Below are positions 19,783 to 29,611 of a stretch of 64,000 nt of DNA, piece by piece. Position numbers and translations under genes: made by a program. The stretch comes from Gammaproteobacteria bacterium. GTDB taxonomy: Bacteria; Pseudomonadota; Gammaproteobacteria; CBDBNL01; JAAOII01. The stretch lies in contig OZ242372.1 of assembly GCA_965209035.1 (NCBI GenBank), forward strand, positions 1,408,001-1,472,000, given 5' to 3'. The first letter of the stretch is position 1. Each line of letters starts with the position of its first letter. The notes below the pieces were generated by a model. The model did not search any database and was not told where the DNA came from. It saw only the letters and a program-made list of their open reading frames with translations.

Positions 19783-21036
19783 ATGAAACAGAAAAAGTAT
19801 CTTTTATTATTGGCGGCGGTTCTCTTTGGTGTTGTGACCGCATGTCAAAAACCCGCATCGCCGGCAGAGGCAAGTTTGGACGCACCCGATCTTTCGCCTG
19901 CCGATTGGCCGGCCGTTGTCGCGGCGGCCCGCGGGCAGACCGTTTATTGGCATGCCTGGGGTGGCAGTCCGACAATTAACAACTACATTCAATGGGTTGG
20001 GTCGGTCCTCAAAGAGGAGAATGGAATCACCTTGCAGCATGTGAAAGTCAGCGATACCGCCAATGTGGTGTCCCAGGTTCTCGGTGAAAAGGCCGGCGGG
20101 ATTCACCGGGGAGGTTCGGTGGATTTGATCTGGTTGAACGGCGAAAACTTTAAGAACATGAAAGACAATGATCTTCTTTACGGCCCTTTTGCGGAGCAAT
20201 TACCAAACTTTGCATATGCGGATATCGAAAACAAGCCCACTGTGCTGACGGATTTTACCGAGCCTACCGAAGGCTATGAATCGCCTTGGGGAATGGCACA
20301 GTTGAATTTTGTTTATGACAGTAACTACCTGCCTGATCCGCCCAAATCCGTGAATGCCCTGTTGGCTCACGCCAAAAGCCGCAAGGGACGCGGGCGAATT
20401 ACCTATCCCGCACCGCCGGATTTTATCGGCAATACCTTTCTTAAACAGATTCTTTATGAAACGATTGAGGATCCGGGGGTGTTGCAAAACCCGGTGGTGC
20501 CGGCAGACTTTGAAACGCATACCCGCGGCATGATAGAGTTTCTCGATGAGATAACGCCTTTTCTTTGGCAAAAAGGGAGAAACTATCCGAACGACCTGAC
20601 TCAGTTGGAAAGGCTGTTAGCCGATGACGAGGTGGATATTGCTATGAACTTTAATCCCGGCCAGGCATCCGAAGCCATTATTGCCGGCCGCCTGCCGCCT
20701 TCGGTGCGTGCTTATGTGATGGACGGCGGGACAATCGGTAATACGCATTTTGTTGCCATTCCCTATAACGCCAATGCAAAAGAAGCCGCAATGGTTACCG
20801 CCAATTTCTTGTTGTCCCCGCGGGCACAGGCGCGCAAGGAAGATCCGAAAGTATGGGGAGATCCGACAGTGCTTGCCATGCACAAACTCTCCCCGGCAGA
20901 TAAGGAGTTTTTTGACAAGTTGGATATCGGCCCCGCCACCTTGAGATCGGCAGACCTGGGCAGGACTCTGCCTGAGCCGCACCCTTCCTGGGTAATGAGT
21001 GTTGAAAAGTTGTGGCTCGAGCGCTACGCCAGATAA
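19783..21036 (+). CDS. ABC transporter substrate-binding lipoprotein (YnjB-like)
   Basis: Lipobox VTAC; ARGQTVYWHAWGG, GSVDLIWLNGENF, YPAPPDF, GTIGNTHFVAIPYNA, WGDPTVL. Confidence 0.88.
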   Translation: MKQKKYLLLLAAVLFGVVTACQKPASPAEASLDAPDLSPADWPAVVAAARGQTVYWHAWGGSPTINNYIQWVGSVLKEENGITLQHVKVSDTANVVSQVLGEKAGGIHRGGSVDLIWLNGENFKNMKDNDLLYGPFAEQLPNFAYADIENKPTVLTDFTEPTEGYESPWGMAQLNFVYDSNYLPDPPKSVNALLAHAKSRKGRGRITYPAPPDFIGNTFLKQILYETIEDPGVLQNPVVPADFETHTRGMIEFLDEITPFLWQKGRNYPNDLTQLERLLADDEVDIAMNFNPGQASEAIIAGRLPPSVRAYVMDGGTIGNTHFVAIPYNANAKEAAMVTANFLLSPRAQARKEDPKVWGDPTVLAMHKLSPADKEFFDKLDIGPATLRSADLGRTLPEPHPSWVMSVEKLWLERYAR

Positions 21037-21087
21037 GGAAAACATCGCTCCGCATCACTCCACATTGCTCGTCCGCATGCACCGAGT

Positions 21088-22821
21088 GTGACCCGTATTA
21101 CTCGGCGGGTGTATCAGCCACAGTCCGCCAATTTCTCGGATCGGGTTCCGAATTTCCTTAGGCCTGTTTTGATGGCGCGGGGGGTCTATTCCGATGCGGG
21201 TTTGCGCACGGATTTTGCGGATCTGCCGCAGCCGGATCACCTTGCCGACATAGACAAGGCGGCGTCTCTGCTCGCGGATGCGATTATGGCGAACGAGAAG
21301 ATTTTGATAGTCGGTGACTATGATGCGGACGGGGCCCTGTCCGTTGTGTTGGCACTCAAGGCCTTGAAAGACATGTCGGCACAAAACACGGATTATGCGA
21401 TCCCGCACAGAGTGCGCGACGGCTACGGCCTGACCGGCGAACTGGCAAAACGCCTGACAGACGAGAGATCGCCGTGCTTGGTGTTGACCGTGGATAACGG
21501 TATTCGCAGTCATGCGGCGGCCGAGCTGTTTAAGCAAAAAAACTTTCGGTTGATCATTACGGATCACCATTTGCCGGAAGATCGGCTGCCGCCGGCCGAT
21601 GCAGTCGTCAACCCCAATCGCAGTGACTGCCCGTTTCCCGCCAAGAACCTTGCCGGGGTGGGTGTTTGTTTTTACCTGATGTGTCATCTGCGACGACTGC
21701 TGCGCGAGCGGCGATACTTTCTTTACCGGGGAGTGACACCGCCGAATATGGCAAAATTTTTGGATCTGGTCGCACTCGGCACCCTTGCCGATATGGTGCC
21801 GATGGACAAAACAAACAGAATTTTAACCCAGCGAGGTCTTGATTTGATCCGTGCGGGAAAGACCAGGCCGGGCATTAAGATGCTGCTTAATCATCGGCAC
21901 AGGTATTCGGATGCGGTTCGACTGGCGTTTAATGTGATCCCCGTCCTAAATGCCGCGGGTCGGATGGAGGATATGTCTTTGGCGGTGGATTTTTTGACGG
22001 CGGAATTGCCGGCGACCGCGGAGCCTTATCATAAAAAATTGCAGTCATTGAACCGGCTGCGCCGGCAACGATTTGCGGCAATGCGGGCGGAAGCGGAGAA
22101 GATGCCGGGCGATGTGCCGACCGACGGTTGTTTGTGTTTTGCCGATGCGTCTTGGCATGTGGGGCTTACCGGCGTTCTTGCCGGCTCCTTGTCGGATGAG
22201 CATTCTTGTCCGGTGGTGGTTTTTGCCGGGGAGGGGTTGCCGGATGATATCCTGCGCGCGTCGGCACGCACCCCCGCTTCCGTTAGAGCCGATGCCCTGT
22301 TTGAAGAGATTCGGACGGCGGAGCCGGACCTGCTGCTGAGATACGGAGGGCACAAGCATGCGGCCGGGATTAGCATTCGCAGAGAGCATCTGGACAAATT
22401 TAAGGCCGTTTTCAAACAAGCTGTTGCGAAACAAAAGACATCGTCATTCGGTGCGGCTGCGCCGGTTTTGACGGACGGCAGCTTGCCGGTTGAGCGGATG
22501 ACCCGGGAGTCGGCGCGCCTTCTTGCCGAGTTTATGCCCTGGGGGCAAGAATTCCCGCCGCCCCTGTTTGACGACGAGTTCACCTTGTTGCATCAAGAAC
22601 ACACCGCCACAGGGACTTTGAAACTCAAGTTAAAGCGGGCGGAAGCCGATGCGTCCGTTGCGTCTGATGTGTCTTTTGTGGCGTGGAAGTTTCGCCACTC
22701 GGCCGCCTTGTATCCGCTAAAAGCAAAGAAGGTGCGCTTGGCATACAGTTTGCTGTCCGAGCCGCAGTTCAACGGCGGCGGTCTTGTCCTTAAAACACAA
22801 TATCTGGAAGAATTATCTTAG
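21088..22821 (+). CDS. recJ: Single-stranded-DNA exonuclease RecJ
   Basis: GDYDADG, DGYG, TVDNG, TDHH (DHH), LGTLADMV, NAAGRM, GGHKHAAG. Confidence 0.95.
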   Translation: MTRITRRVYQPQSANFSDRVPNFLRPVLMARGVYSDAGLRTDFADLPQPDHLADIDKAASLLADAIMANEKILIVGDYDADGALSVVLALKALKDMSAQNTDYAIPHRVRDGYGLTGELAKRLTDERSPCLVLTVDNGIRSHAAAELFKQKNFRLIITDHHLPEDRLPPADAVVNPNRSDCPFPAKNLAGVGVCFYLMCHLRRLLRERRYFLYRGVTPPNMAKFLDLVALGTLADMVPMDKTNRILTQRGLDLIRAGKTRPGIKMLLNHRHRYSDAVRLAFNVIPVLNAAGRMEDMSLAVDFLTAELPATAEPYHKKLQSLNRLRRQRFAAMRAEAEKMPGDVPTDGCLCFADASWHVGLTGVLAGSLSDEHSCPVVVFAGEGLPDDILRASARTPASVRADALFEEIRTAEPDLLLRYGGHKHAAGISIRREHLDKFKAVFKQAVAKQKTSSFGAAAPVLTDGSLPVERMTRESARLLAEFMPWGQEFPPPLFDDEFTLLHQEHTATGTLKLKLKRAEADASVASDVSFVAWKFRHSAALYPLKAKKVRLAYSLLSEPQFNGGGLVLKTQYLEELS

Positions 22822-22858
22822 TCCGATTTTGGTATATCGCCGAAACGAAAAAAAGAGG

Positions 22859-23341
22859 ATGAACAAACCGGAGAGTTTTTACAGACCCAATGTTGTTATG
22901 GCGGTGATGAAAAACGGCCGCCTACTCTTGTTGGAACGGGTCAAAAACCGGGATAATTGGCAGGTGCCTCAGGGCGGAGTGGATGAAGGCGAAGGGGCCG
23001 AAGAGGCCATGTGGCGCGAACTTAAAGAGGAAACCGGTCTTTTACCGGGTATGGCAAAAATTCACGCAGTGACAAAAAGTGACGACTTGCGTTACGACAT
23101 ACCGCCGCAATACCGGAGAAGAGGAAGCAATTATAAAGGGCAAAAACAGCGTTGGTTTTTGTTGGAACTGCATGCGGGTGACCAAAATATTCACTTTGGC
23201 AATATGCGGCGACCGGAATTCTTGTCCTGGCGTTGGTGCGGCTATTGGAGTGCCATTTACTATGCCGTGGATTTTAAAAGAGAAGTTTATCGCGACGCCC
23301 TTTTGGAACTACTCCCGCAGGCACTCAAACTGGGTGTTTGA
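22859..23341 (+). CDS. rppH: RNA pyrophosphohydrolase
   Basis: YRPNV, WQVPQGGVDEGE...RELKEETG Nudix box, KGQKQRWF, VDFKREVY. Confidence 0.92.
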   Translation: MNKPESFYRPNVVMAVMKNGRLLLLERVKNRDNWQVPQGGVDEGEGAEEAMWRELKEETGLLPGMAKIHAVTKSDDLRYDIPPQYRRRGSNYKGQKQRWFLLELHAGDQNIHFGNMRRPEFLSWRWCGYWSAIYYAVDFKREVYRDALLELLPQALKLGV

Positions 23342-23356
23342 ATCCGGGGTTATCGG

Positions 23357-24115
23357 TTATCCGCCGAATAACAACACAAAGATGAAAATTAGCCCCCAAA
23401 GAATCGGCTGGTGCAGCATATAAATCAGCAGACTGTGACGACCCATACGAGCGAGAGGGGCAAGTAGGGCGTTGCTTGCCGCATAAATCCTGTCTCCCAG
23501 CAAGCGGGCAATGAATATTCCCAAGGGAACCATACCGAACCAGGGGAAGATCGGAGTAAAGTCGGCGGAACCGGTTGGGATGGTTAGCATGCCAATCCAG
23601 CGTAATGGGAAATTGTTGAATATAGAGTTTTCGTAAGTAAAGCCGAAGAACAGGATGCAGATCCCCAAGGGCAGGTTCAGCCAAGTGAGCCGGACAAACA
23701 AAAGGCCGAGCACCGAGGCAACCGCAATTAGATGAAGAATGCCGAAGTAAATAAATTGGTCACCCAAGGTCAGATAGGTAGTGAGCGTTATTAAAGCAGC
23801 GCAGGCGATCAGAAAGAAAAGACGACGACCGTAGGAGTGCCAATGTATTCCGCGGCGATAGTGCAGAAACAAACTCATTCCGACCGAAACGAGAAAGAGT
23901 GTGAGAATGATATAGCGAAATGCAATCCATTCGGCGGAAGAGTATATTGGGATCTCCGCCAGGTTAAACAGAGTTAGATCATAAAAGAAGTGAAAGACAA
24001 CCATCAGCAGGACGGCCAGGCCGCGCAGGGCGTCCAGTAAGGAACTGCGGTTGTAATCGGAAGAGCGCCGGGCGAGAAAACTCAAACTTCTTGTCTTATT
24101 TAAAGGAGAAGGCAC
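23357..24115 (-). CDS. DUF1624 / heparan-alpha-glucosaminide N-acetyltransferase-like membrane protein
   Basis: LDALRGLAVLLMVVFH, FGILHLI, DFTPIFPW, GRHSLLIYMLHQP. Confidence 0.88.
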   Translation of the reverse strand: MPSPLNKTRSLSFLARRSSDYNRSSLLDALRGLAVLLMVVFHFFYDLTLFNLAEIPIYSSAEWIAFRYIILTLFLVSVGMSLFLHYRRGIHWHSYGRRLFFLIACAALITLTTYLTLGDQFIYFGILHLIAVASVLGLLFVRLTWLNLPLGICILFFGFTYENSIFNNFPLRWIGMLTIPTGSADFTPIFPWFGMVPLGIFIARLLGDRIYAASNALLAPLARMGRHSLLIYMLHQPILWGLIFIFVLLFGG

Positions 24116-24188
24116 TTTTTCACTTTTTCACTTTTTAATGAGTCAGTTAATCGGCAAGAAAGAGTTTTTAGATGAACTTGGCGATTGA

Positions 24189-24944
24189 TTACAGCAAGAA
24201 AGGAATGAGCGCGCGTCGCCGTTTTGGATAGTCCGCAAACTTGGCATGATACCACTTGTGGTGGGCGAGGGCGCGCGGCAGAAGGTTGGCGATGGTCCAG
24301 ACGGCGAAAGCGAAGCACGGGAATGCCATGGTCATCAACGCAAAGCCGACCCATTCCGTGATTTCTCCCAGAAGGTTGGGACAGGAAATATGCTTAAAGA
24401 GGCCGCCGGTCGGAATCACATAGCCGGTGTCATTTTTTTTCCTGAGTCGGATCAGAATGTTATCGGAAGTGATATTGAGAAGCGCGCCGCCGCCAAAAAG
24501 CAAAAGACCGATGATGAAAGCGGGCCGCATTAGAAGGTCCGCCGTGTAGTTTGCGTAGTTTGCATAGTTGCCAAAATAGTAACCGCACAAAAAACCGTTT
24601 GTCAGATTAAAACAAAGTGCCATCAGCAGGATGCCGAGTGGCATGGTTTTGCCGGTTGTGTGGATGCGGAACGGGAAAATACAGGAGCGGTTAAAATAGT
24701 GCGCGATCCAGAGAATTACAAAGAAGGTCCCGATCATGCCGGGGCTGCCGGCAAACGCGAATGCGGGCATCACGATGAGTGCCGGCAGTTCCATCACAAA
24801 CCAGGCAAGGCGATTTGAAACCGGCAGCCCCCAACCTTTGGCGGTGTGTCTGCCGAACGGCGCTTTTATTTTGAACAGAAGCACGAATACCGGCAAGGAG
24901 ATCAATAGCCAGATGAGAACCGTCCAAAAATACCAAGGATCCAC
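24189..24944 (-). CDS. 3-oxo-5-alpha-steroid 4-dehydrogenase (steroid 5-alpha-reductase family)
   Basis: APFGRH..GWG, AWFVMELP, HYFNRS.IFP, SDNILIRLRK...YVIPTGGLF..ISCPN..GEITEW, HHKWY..KF..YP..RRALIPF. Confidence 0.9.
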   Translation of the reverse strand: MDPWYFWTVLIWLLISLPVFVLLFKIKAPFGRHTAKGWGLPVSNRLAWFVMELPALIVMPAFAFAGSPGMIGTFFVILWIAHYFNRSCIFPFRIHTTGKTMPLGILLMALCFNLTNGFLCGYYFGNYANYANYTADLLMRPAFIIGLLLFGGGALLNITSDNILIRLRKKNDTGYVIPTGGLFKHISCPNLLGEITEWVGFALMTMAFPCFAFAVWTIANLLPRALAHHKWYHAKFADYPKRRRALIPFLL

Positions 24945-24978
24945 TTTCGTTTGTCTTTCGTCTTTTGTCTTTTACCTT

Positions 24979-25995
24979 TTACGCGGCTTCTTGTAAATCA
25001 CCGTGCCGGCGAAACCAATCATAGGTGTCCGCCACCGTGTCCCTGAGAGGACGCAACCGGTAACTCAGGTCGCGCCTTGCCGGGGTGTCGTCAATTGTCT
25101 GCGGATGATGACGCAGGACGCTCAGAGATTCGTAGGTGTAAAGAGGAGGCACTCCCGTCAAATAAGCAAAACCGCGCAGGAAGGGCAAGCCAAGCAATGC
25201 CATTTCGTATGGCAGTGTGGGGGGGGTGGAAAGTTTGAGAAGTTTTGGAAGTTTGGCGGGCTTCTCACAGAATTCTTTTGCGATGTCCGCCAACTCGGCA
25301 ACTGTGGCATAGTGTCCGCCGAGCAAATAGATATCTTCTTCGGTTTTGGCATCCAGCGCGCGGATTGCGGCGGCGGCTGTGTCGCGGACATCCGACCAAT
25401 GAAACGCGCCGCGCACCAGAGCGGGCAATTTTTTTCGGTACAAGTTGACAAAGAAACCGCCCATCAGCGAGAACTTGTAGTCTTCCGGTCCCAGTAAGCC
25501 GACCGGACAGAGAATGACCGCATTCAATCCGTTTGCGATGGCGCGTTGCACACCGAGCAGGCCGTCGCGCTTAGACCTGTCATAAGCGAAGCCGCGGTCT
25601 TCAACAAGAGAGTCGCTCCCGCAGAGGGTGGTTGCTTTTTTTAAGTTAAACGCATGCACGGAGGAAATGTGCACCAGGCGCGGGATGCTCAGTTGGCGGC
25701 AAAGGTCCGCCACACATTCGGTTCCCCGCACATTGGTGCGCCGGACCTCCCCGTCCTTGTCGCCGTCTATGGAAATTTTGGCGGCGCAGTGGATGACCGC
25801 GCCGGCACCGCGCAACGCCTGTCGCATAAATTCCTTGTCCGTGATCTCACCGAGGAGTTCTTCCGCGGGTGTATTGGCAAAGGCTTTTGACGGCAGGCGA
25901 TGGATCGCCCGCACCCTGTGACCTTTTTGCAGTAACTGGGTGCAGATGTTAACACCCAGATGGCCGCTGGCACCTGTGACCGCGACGAGGTTCAA
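24979..25995 (-). CDS. Extended SDR, NAD-dependent epimerase/dehydratase (DFR / 3-beta-HSD-like)
   Basis: TGASGHLG, HCAA, NVRGT, HISS, YDRSK catalytic motif. Confidence 0.85.
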   Translation of the reverse strand: MNLVAVTGASGHLGVNICTQLLQKGHRVRAIHRLPSKAFANTPAEELLGEITDKEFMRQALRGAGAVIHCAAKISIDGDKDGEVRRTNVRGTECVADLCRQLSIPRLVHISSVHAFNLKKATTLCGSDSLVEDRGFAYDRSKRDGLLGVQRAIANGLNAVILCPVGLLGPEDYKFSLMGGFFVNLYRKKLPALVRGAFHWSDVRDTAAAAIRALDAKTEEDIYLLGGHYATVAELADIAKEFCEKPAKLPKLLKLSTPPTLPYEMALLGLPFLRGFAYLTGVPPLYTYESLSVLRHHPQTIDDTPARRDLSYRLRPLRDTVADTYDWFRRHGDLQEAA

Positions 25996-26957
25996 GGCTC
26001 CGATTTTTTCAACCCTTTTCGCAGGTAAAATTGTTCGTGCAAGGTGAGCAGGTGTCCCAGGATTTTCAGCGCGTCGTTATCTTCCGCCGGACACTTTATG
26101 GCCGCATAGGCACTGAGGCAATTATCGCGTGTGATGGGCGGGTTCTTTATCCATTTTTCACACAGGCCCGCCATTATGAAGGACATTTTTTTATTCATTG
26201 GCAAAACAAGGCGTCTTTTGCCGAATTCATGACGAGCGATCATTTGGAGGAGCCGTCTCATATTCGTCGCTTCCGGCCCCGCCGCCGCCAAGGTCTTCCC
26301 GCAAAACTCTTCGGGTTTTTGCAGGATATGCAAGATGAGGTCTCGCAGATCTTCTACCATGATCGGCTGGGTCACAGAACTGCCGGCCGGTAACCAAAGG
26401 CACGGCAAGTAGCGCAGCATACCAAGCATTTGGATGGCAAAGGGGCTGTCGTTGCCGTACACCAAAGAAGGACGAATGATTGTCCGGTGCCGGTAGGCGG
26501 TGACTTTCTGTTCGCCGGCGTATTTGCTGCGCAGATATTCGCTTTTTGCGTCCGCGCTTGCCCCAAGCGCGCTGATATGCACCAGATGCGGCTTTTTGTT
26601 ATTGCTGTTGTTATTGCTCGGTACTTTTTTGGTGGCAGCCGTAATTGCAGCCGGCCAGTCTTCGTGACTTTCCCGGAAACCGCGCTCTTTGTTTGGGTTC
26701 AAGATGCCGATCAGATTGACGACCGCATCCGCACCCCGGATGACTTCTTCCAAACTATCGGGGTTTCCCAAAGAGCACCCGAAAACCTCCGCCAGAGGAT
26801 GTTGGGAATCCTTTGGCAGAATGGCACGCTCACTGGCGACTGCCAGTCGGACCCGGTGGCCGCGCGCACAAAGACGCTTGAGCAGATAGCCGCCGATGAA
26901 ACCATAACCACCGAACAGGGTAATGCATTGGCTCGTAGAATATTTGGCAGGAAGCAT
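25992..26957 (-). CDS. NDUFA9-like atypical SDR (NAD-binding)
   Basis: FGGYGFIG, VVNLIGIL, HISALGA, YLRSK..GE, IIRPSLVYG. Confidence 0.85.
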   Translation of the reverse strand: MLPAKYSTSQCITLFGGYGFIGGYLLKRLCARGHRVRLAVASERAILPKDSQHPLAEVFGCSLGNPDSLEEVIRGADAVVNLIGILNPNKERGFRESHEDWPAAITAATKKVPSNNNSNNKKPHLVHISALGASADAKSEYLRSKYAGEQKVTAYRHRTIIRPSLVYGNDSPFAIQMLGMLRYLPCLWLPAGSSVTQPIMVEDLRDLILHILQKPEEFCGKTLAAAGPEATNMRRLLQMIARHEFGKRRLVLPMNKKMSFIMAGLCEKWIKNPPITRDNCLSAYAAIKCPAEDNDALKILGHLLTLHEQFYLRKGLKKSEP

Positions 26958-27632
26958 ATATAAAGATTATCTTAACAATTTTAACTCGTCAAAATTGCAT
27001 TTTTTAATGGTTAGTATATCGGGGGTGTATAAATGATAAATCCCGCTCTGTTTTGGGGTTTCCTGTTTTTGTCCGCATCGAGCCATCTGTTGGGGTTTAT
27101 AATCCCATCCGCCGCATAATCCTACACGGTTTCGGGCTTTTCCCGTTTTTGTCCGCGCCGAAGCGCCGAGAGTTGTTTGTGAGAATCATATATGAGGGCG
27201 TTTGAAAGTACCCCAAAGAAGCCGGTCAGTCTATCGGATAAGGAAACTATTTTGTAGTTTTTGTATGCCTGGCTTGACGGTTGATTTGGGGCGAGCATCC
27301 AAACCAATTGCGGAGGGAATTTGCCACTTTTAATTTTCAATCAAGTCGTTCACTTGTTATTTGGAACTGCCGAATTGAATCGATAGGGTATTCGTTTATC
27401 ATCGTCCGGTGAGGGCAAGAACTTGCGAAGTGATGCCGGAGCCGGTTGCTGCCGTCATCTATCCTCGCCCGGTTGGGTCAGGACATTGAGAACCATAAGA
27501 AAGGCATTGAAATCTGCGGGTTAACAAGAACACCGGCATATTTTAGTTTTCTGCCGCCTCCGAAACCGGGCGAGGTTGTATACTCGCGGCGGTTCGGGTC
27601 CCAGGCCCCCGACTTAGATTGGGTATTTTTTA

Positions 27633-27855
27633 GGGAATTATATACAATACTCCCCAATTTGATCCATACTTTATTTCACTAAATCACAATACTTGATCCG
27701 TTTGCCCCGAAGGGCAATACAAAGGGATTTCAATCGATCTAAGGTATCAATCGCACAATTTGTTTTTTCTTCTTGTCTTCATAGTGGTATGAATACCATT
27801 ATTATACTGTGAAATATTTACTTTTTAAGGTTGGGGAGTATTGTATATAATTCCC
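27633..27855. mobile_element. MITE (223 bp), probable IS1595-family (ISNwi-like ends) derivative
   Basis: Perfect 25-bp IRs GGGAATTATATACAATACTCCCCAA (27633-27657, 27831-27855); 8-bp TSD ATTTTTTA (27625-27632, 27856-27863); no intact ORF. Confidence 0.88.
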
Positions 27856-27879
27856 ATTTTTTAAGGTTTAAGGCGTTCC

Positions 27880-29268
27880 TTAGTTATCGCCGCCATAGAT
27901 GTAGATAGCGAATTCACGGAGGCCCACAACGGCATCATCGTCATCTCCGGGAGGTAAGCCATAATTATCTTCCCGAGTTAATTGTCCCGCCGAATTGTAG
28001 GTGTAAGTATTATATGAAACTAATGTTCCGTCAAAATCGTAATCATTCGTCCTGTTTACTTGCTCCGCCGCATTGTAGATGTAAGTGCTGGATTCCGTGA
28101 GATTTCCGCCAGAATCGTAATCATTTACTCCGGTGAGTTGCCCCGCCGCATTGTAGGTAAGGTTGGTATGTCCTGTGAAATCTTCACTTGGACCGGAATA
28201 GCTATCAAATCTGGTGAGTTGCCCCGCCGCATTGTAGGTAAAGTTGTTACTTCTGAATAAGTTACTTTCGTTCTCATCGATTAATTGCCCCGCCGCGTTG
28301 TAAGTATAGTTTCTATAGTTAGTGCCAGCCTCAAGCTCGGCAAAAAAGCGGGATTCTGATGCAAAAATCACTTCCGTCGGTTGTTGTCCGCTTATGTCAT
28401 AGATGATGTTAGAGGCTAATGGTTCAGATATAACTGCCGTAAAGTTATAGTAAACTTCCTGAGTCGGCTGCCCGTCCGCATAATAGTTATAAGTTGTAGA
28501 GACTAATAGGCTTCCGTTATTAGTGCGGAGATCTGCCCGAATTACTTGTTGTGCGTCATTGTATGTCAAATTGGAACAAGTATTAAATGTCTCATTTCCC
28601 CGATCGAAGCCGGAGCTGATGCATATTTGCGTCAAACGATTGTTGCCGTCAAGTGGGGCCAGCGGTTCTGCCGGATTGTTCGGTTCCGGATCACAGACAT
28701 CGCCGATACCATCATTGTCGGCATCGTCCTGCCCTGAATTGGACATTGAAGGACAGTTGTCTAGACTGTCCGGCAGATCGTCTCCGTCCGTATTCACTCC
28801 GGGTCTTCTGCTTTCGGGTTTTGATGGGGCCGAACGGCCGTCACCATAAATGACGACGACAGTCACTTCATAGTTGTTATCATTATCTAGATCGCGAATG
28901 GTGTAATTCACAGCAGCTTCGGATGAGAGAGCATTCGCGGAGTTCAGTATGAACGATTTTACATCCCCCGGATTACTCTTGTCAAACCAGGTAATGTTAA
29001 GCCCTGTAATGTTATCACTTTTCGGGTTGGTCCAACTGAGCATCAAGGTCTCATCGCCCGGGATTGCTCTGAAATCGGAAATGGAGGGAGGCCCGGTCCT
29101 GCTGCCATCATTACTGCCGCTCTCGCCGCAAGCGGTGAGAAGGACGGTGAATAATCCGCCGAGCAATAAAGGCAGAATGATTAAAGAGGGTCTTCTGTTG
29201 TTGCCCGAGCGTGTATTGGCGAGGTTTACAGGCTTCAAAAAGGTGAAGAGATTACTGATTGTTTTCAT
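27880..29268 (-). CDS. Surface lipoprotein, FN3 + TSP3 + YD/RHS-like repeats
   Basis: Lipobox LTAC; LSWTNP FN3; DNCP...DVCD; five TYNAAGQL-type repeats. Confidence 0.8.
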   Translation of the reverse strand: MKTISNLFTFLKPVNLANTRSGNNRRPSLIILPLLLGGLFTVLLTACGESGSNDGSRTGPPSISDFRAIPGDETLMLSWTNPKSDNITGLNITWFDKSNPGDVKSFILNSANALSSEAAVNYTIRDLDNDNNYEVTVVVIYGDGRSAPSKPESRRPGVNTDGDDLPDSLDNCPSMSNSGQDDADNDGIGDVCDPEPNNPAEPLAPLDGNNRLTQICISSGFDRGNETFNTCSNLTYNDAQQVIRADLRTNNGSLLVSTTYNYYADGQPTQEVYYNFTAVISEPLASNIIYDISGQQPTEVIFASESRFFAELEAGTNYRNYTYNAAGQLIDENESNLFRSNNFTYNAAGQLTRFDSYSGPSEDFTGHTNLTYNAAGQLTGVNDYDSGGNLTESSTYIYNAAEQVNRTNDYDFDGTLVSYNTYTYNSAGQLTREDNYGLPPGDDDDAVVGLREFAIYIYGGDN

Positions 29269-29400
29269 TGTTCTTTTTTTAATAAATTACAAAAATTAAA
29301 TATAATGATTATTGTAAGGTTACCTGTAAAATTTTTACGAATATGCAGATTTTTTCTTTTAAAGGTGTCGTCCCTCTTTATTTTTGTATGATGCTCTTTT

Positions 29401-29575
29401 GTTATGCTCAGTTCAAGCGATTGCCGGTGGGTTCCGCCCGAGATGTTGTGTGGGATGCTTTAATGAGGCCCGCGGATCTGCGTCTGTCCGCAGATTCGGT
29501 GCACCGCCAATGACATCCAATCTCGGCATAGTTTCTACGGACATCTTCCGCCTGCCGCTGCTTGGCGGCACTAAC
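29401..29575 (+). ncRNA. Candidate rod-shaped structured RNA (6S-like size and shape)
   Basis: Seven nested helices found by hand, with internal bulges; TATGAT -10-like element just upstream; strand not certain. Confidence 0.45.
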
Positions 29576-29611
29576 GGCATTTAAGACGGCGTAATTTTTA
29601 CGGACAGACAG

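Noticed and set aside
27340-27682. 78-aa ORF 27446-27682 and a minus-strand LRHHFAS integrase-like motif
   Set aside because: The ORF runs into the MITE and has no recognisable motif; the integrase-like match is too short and lacks other catalytic residues
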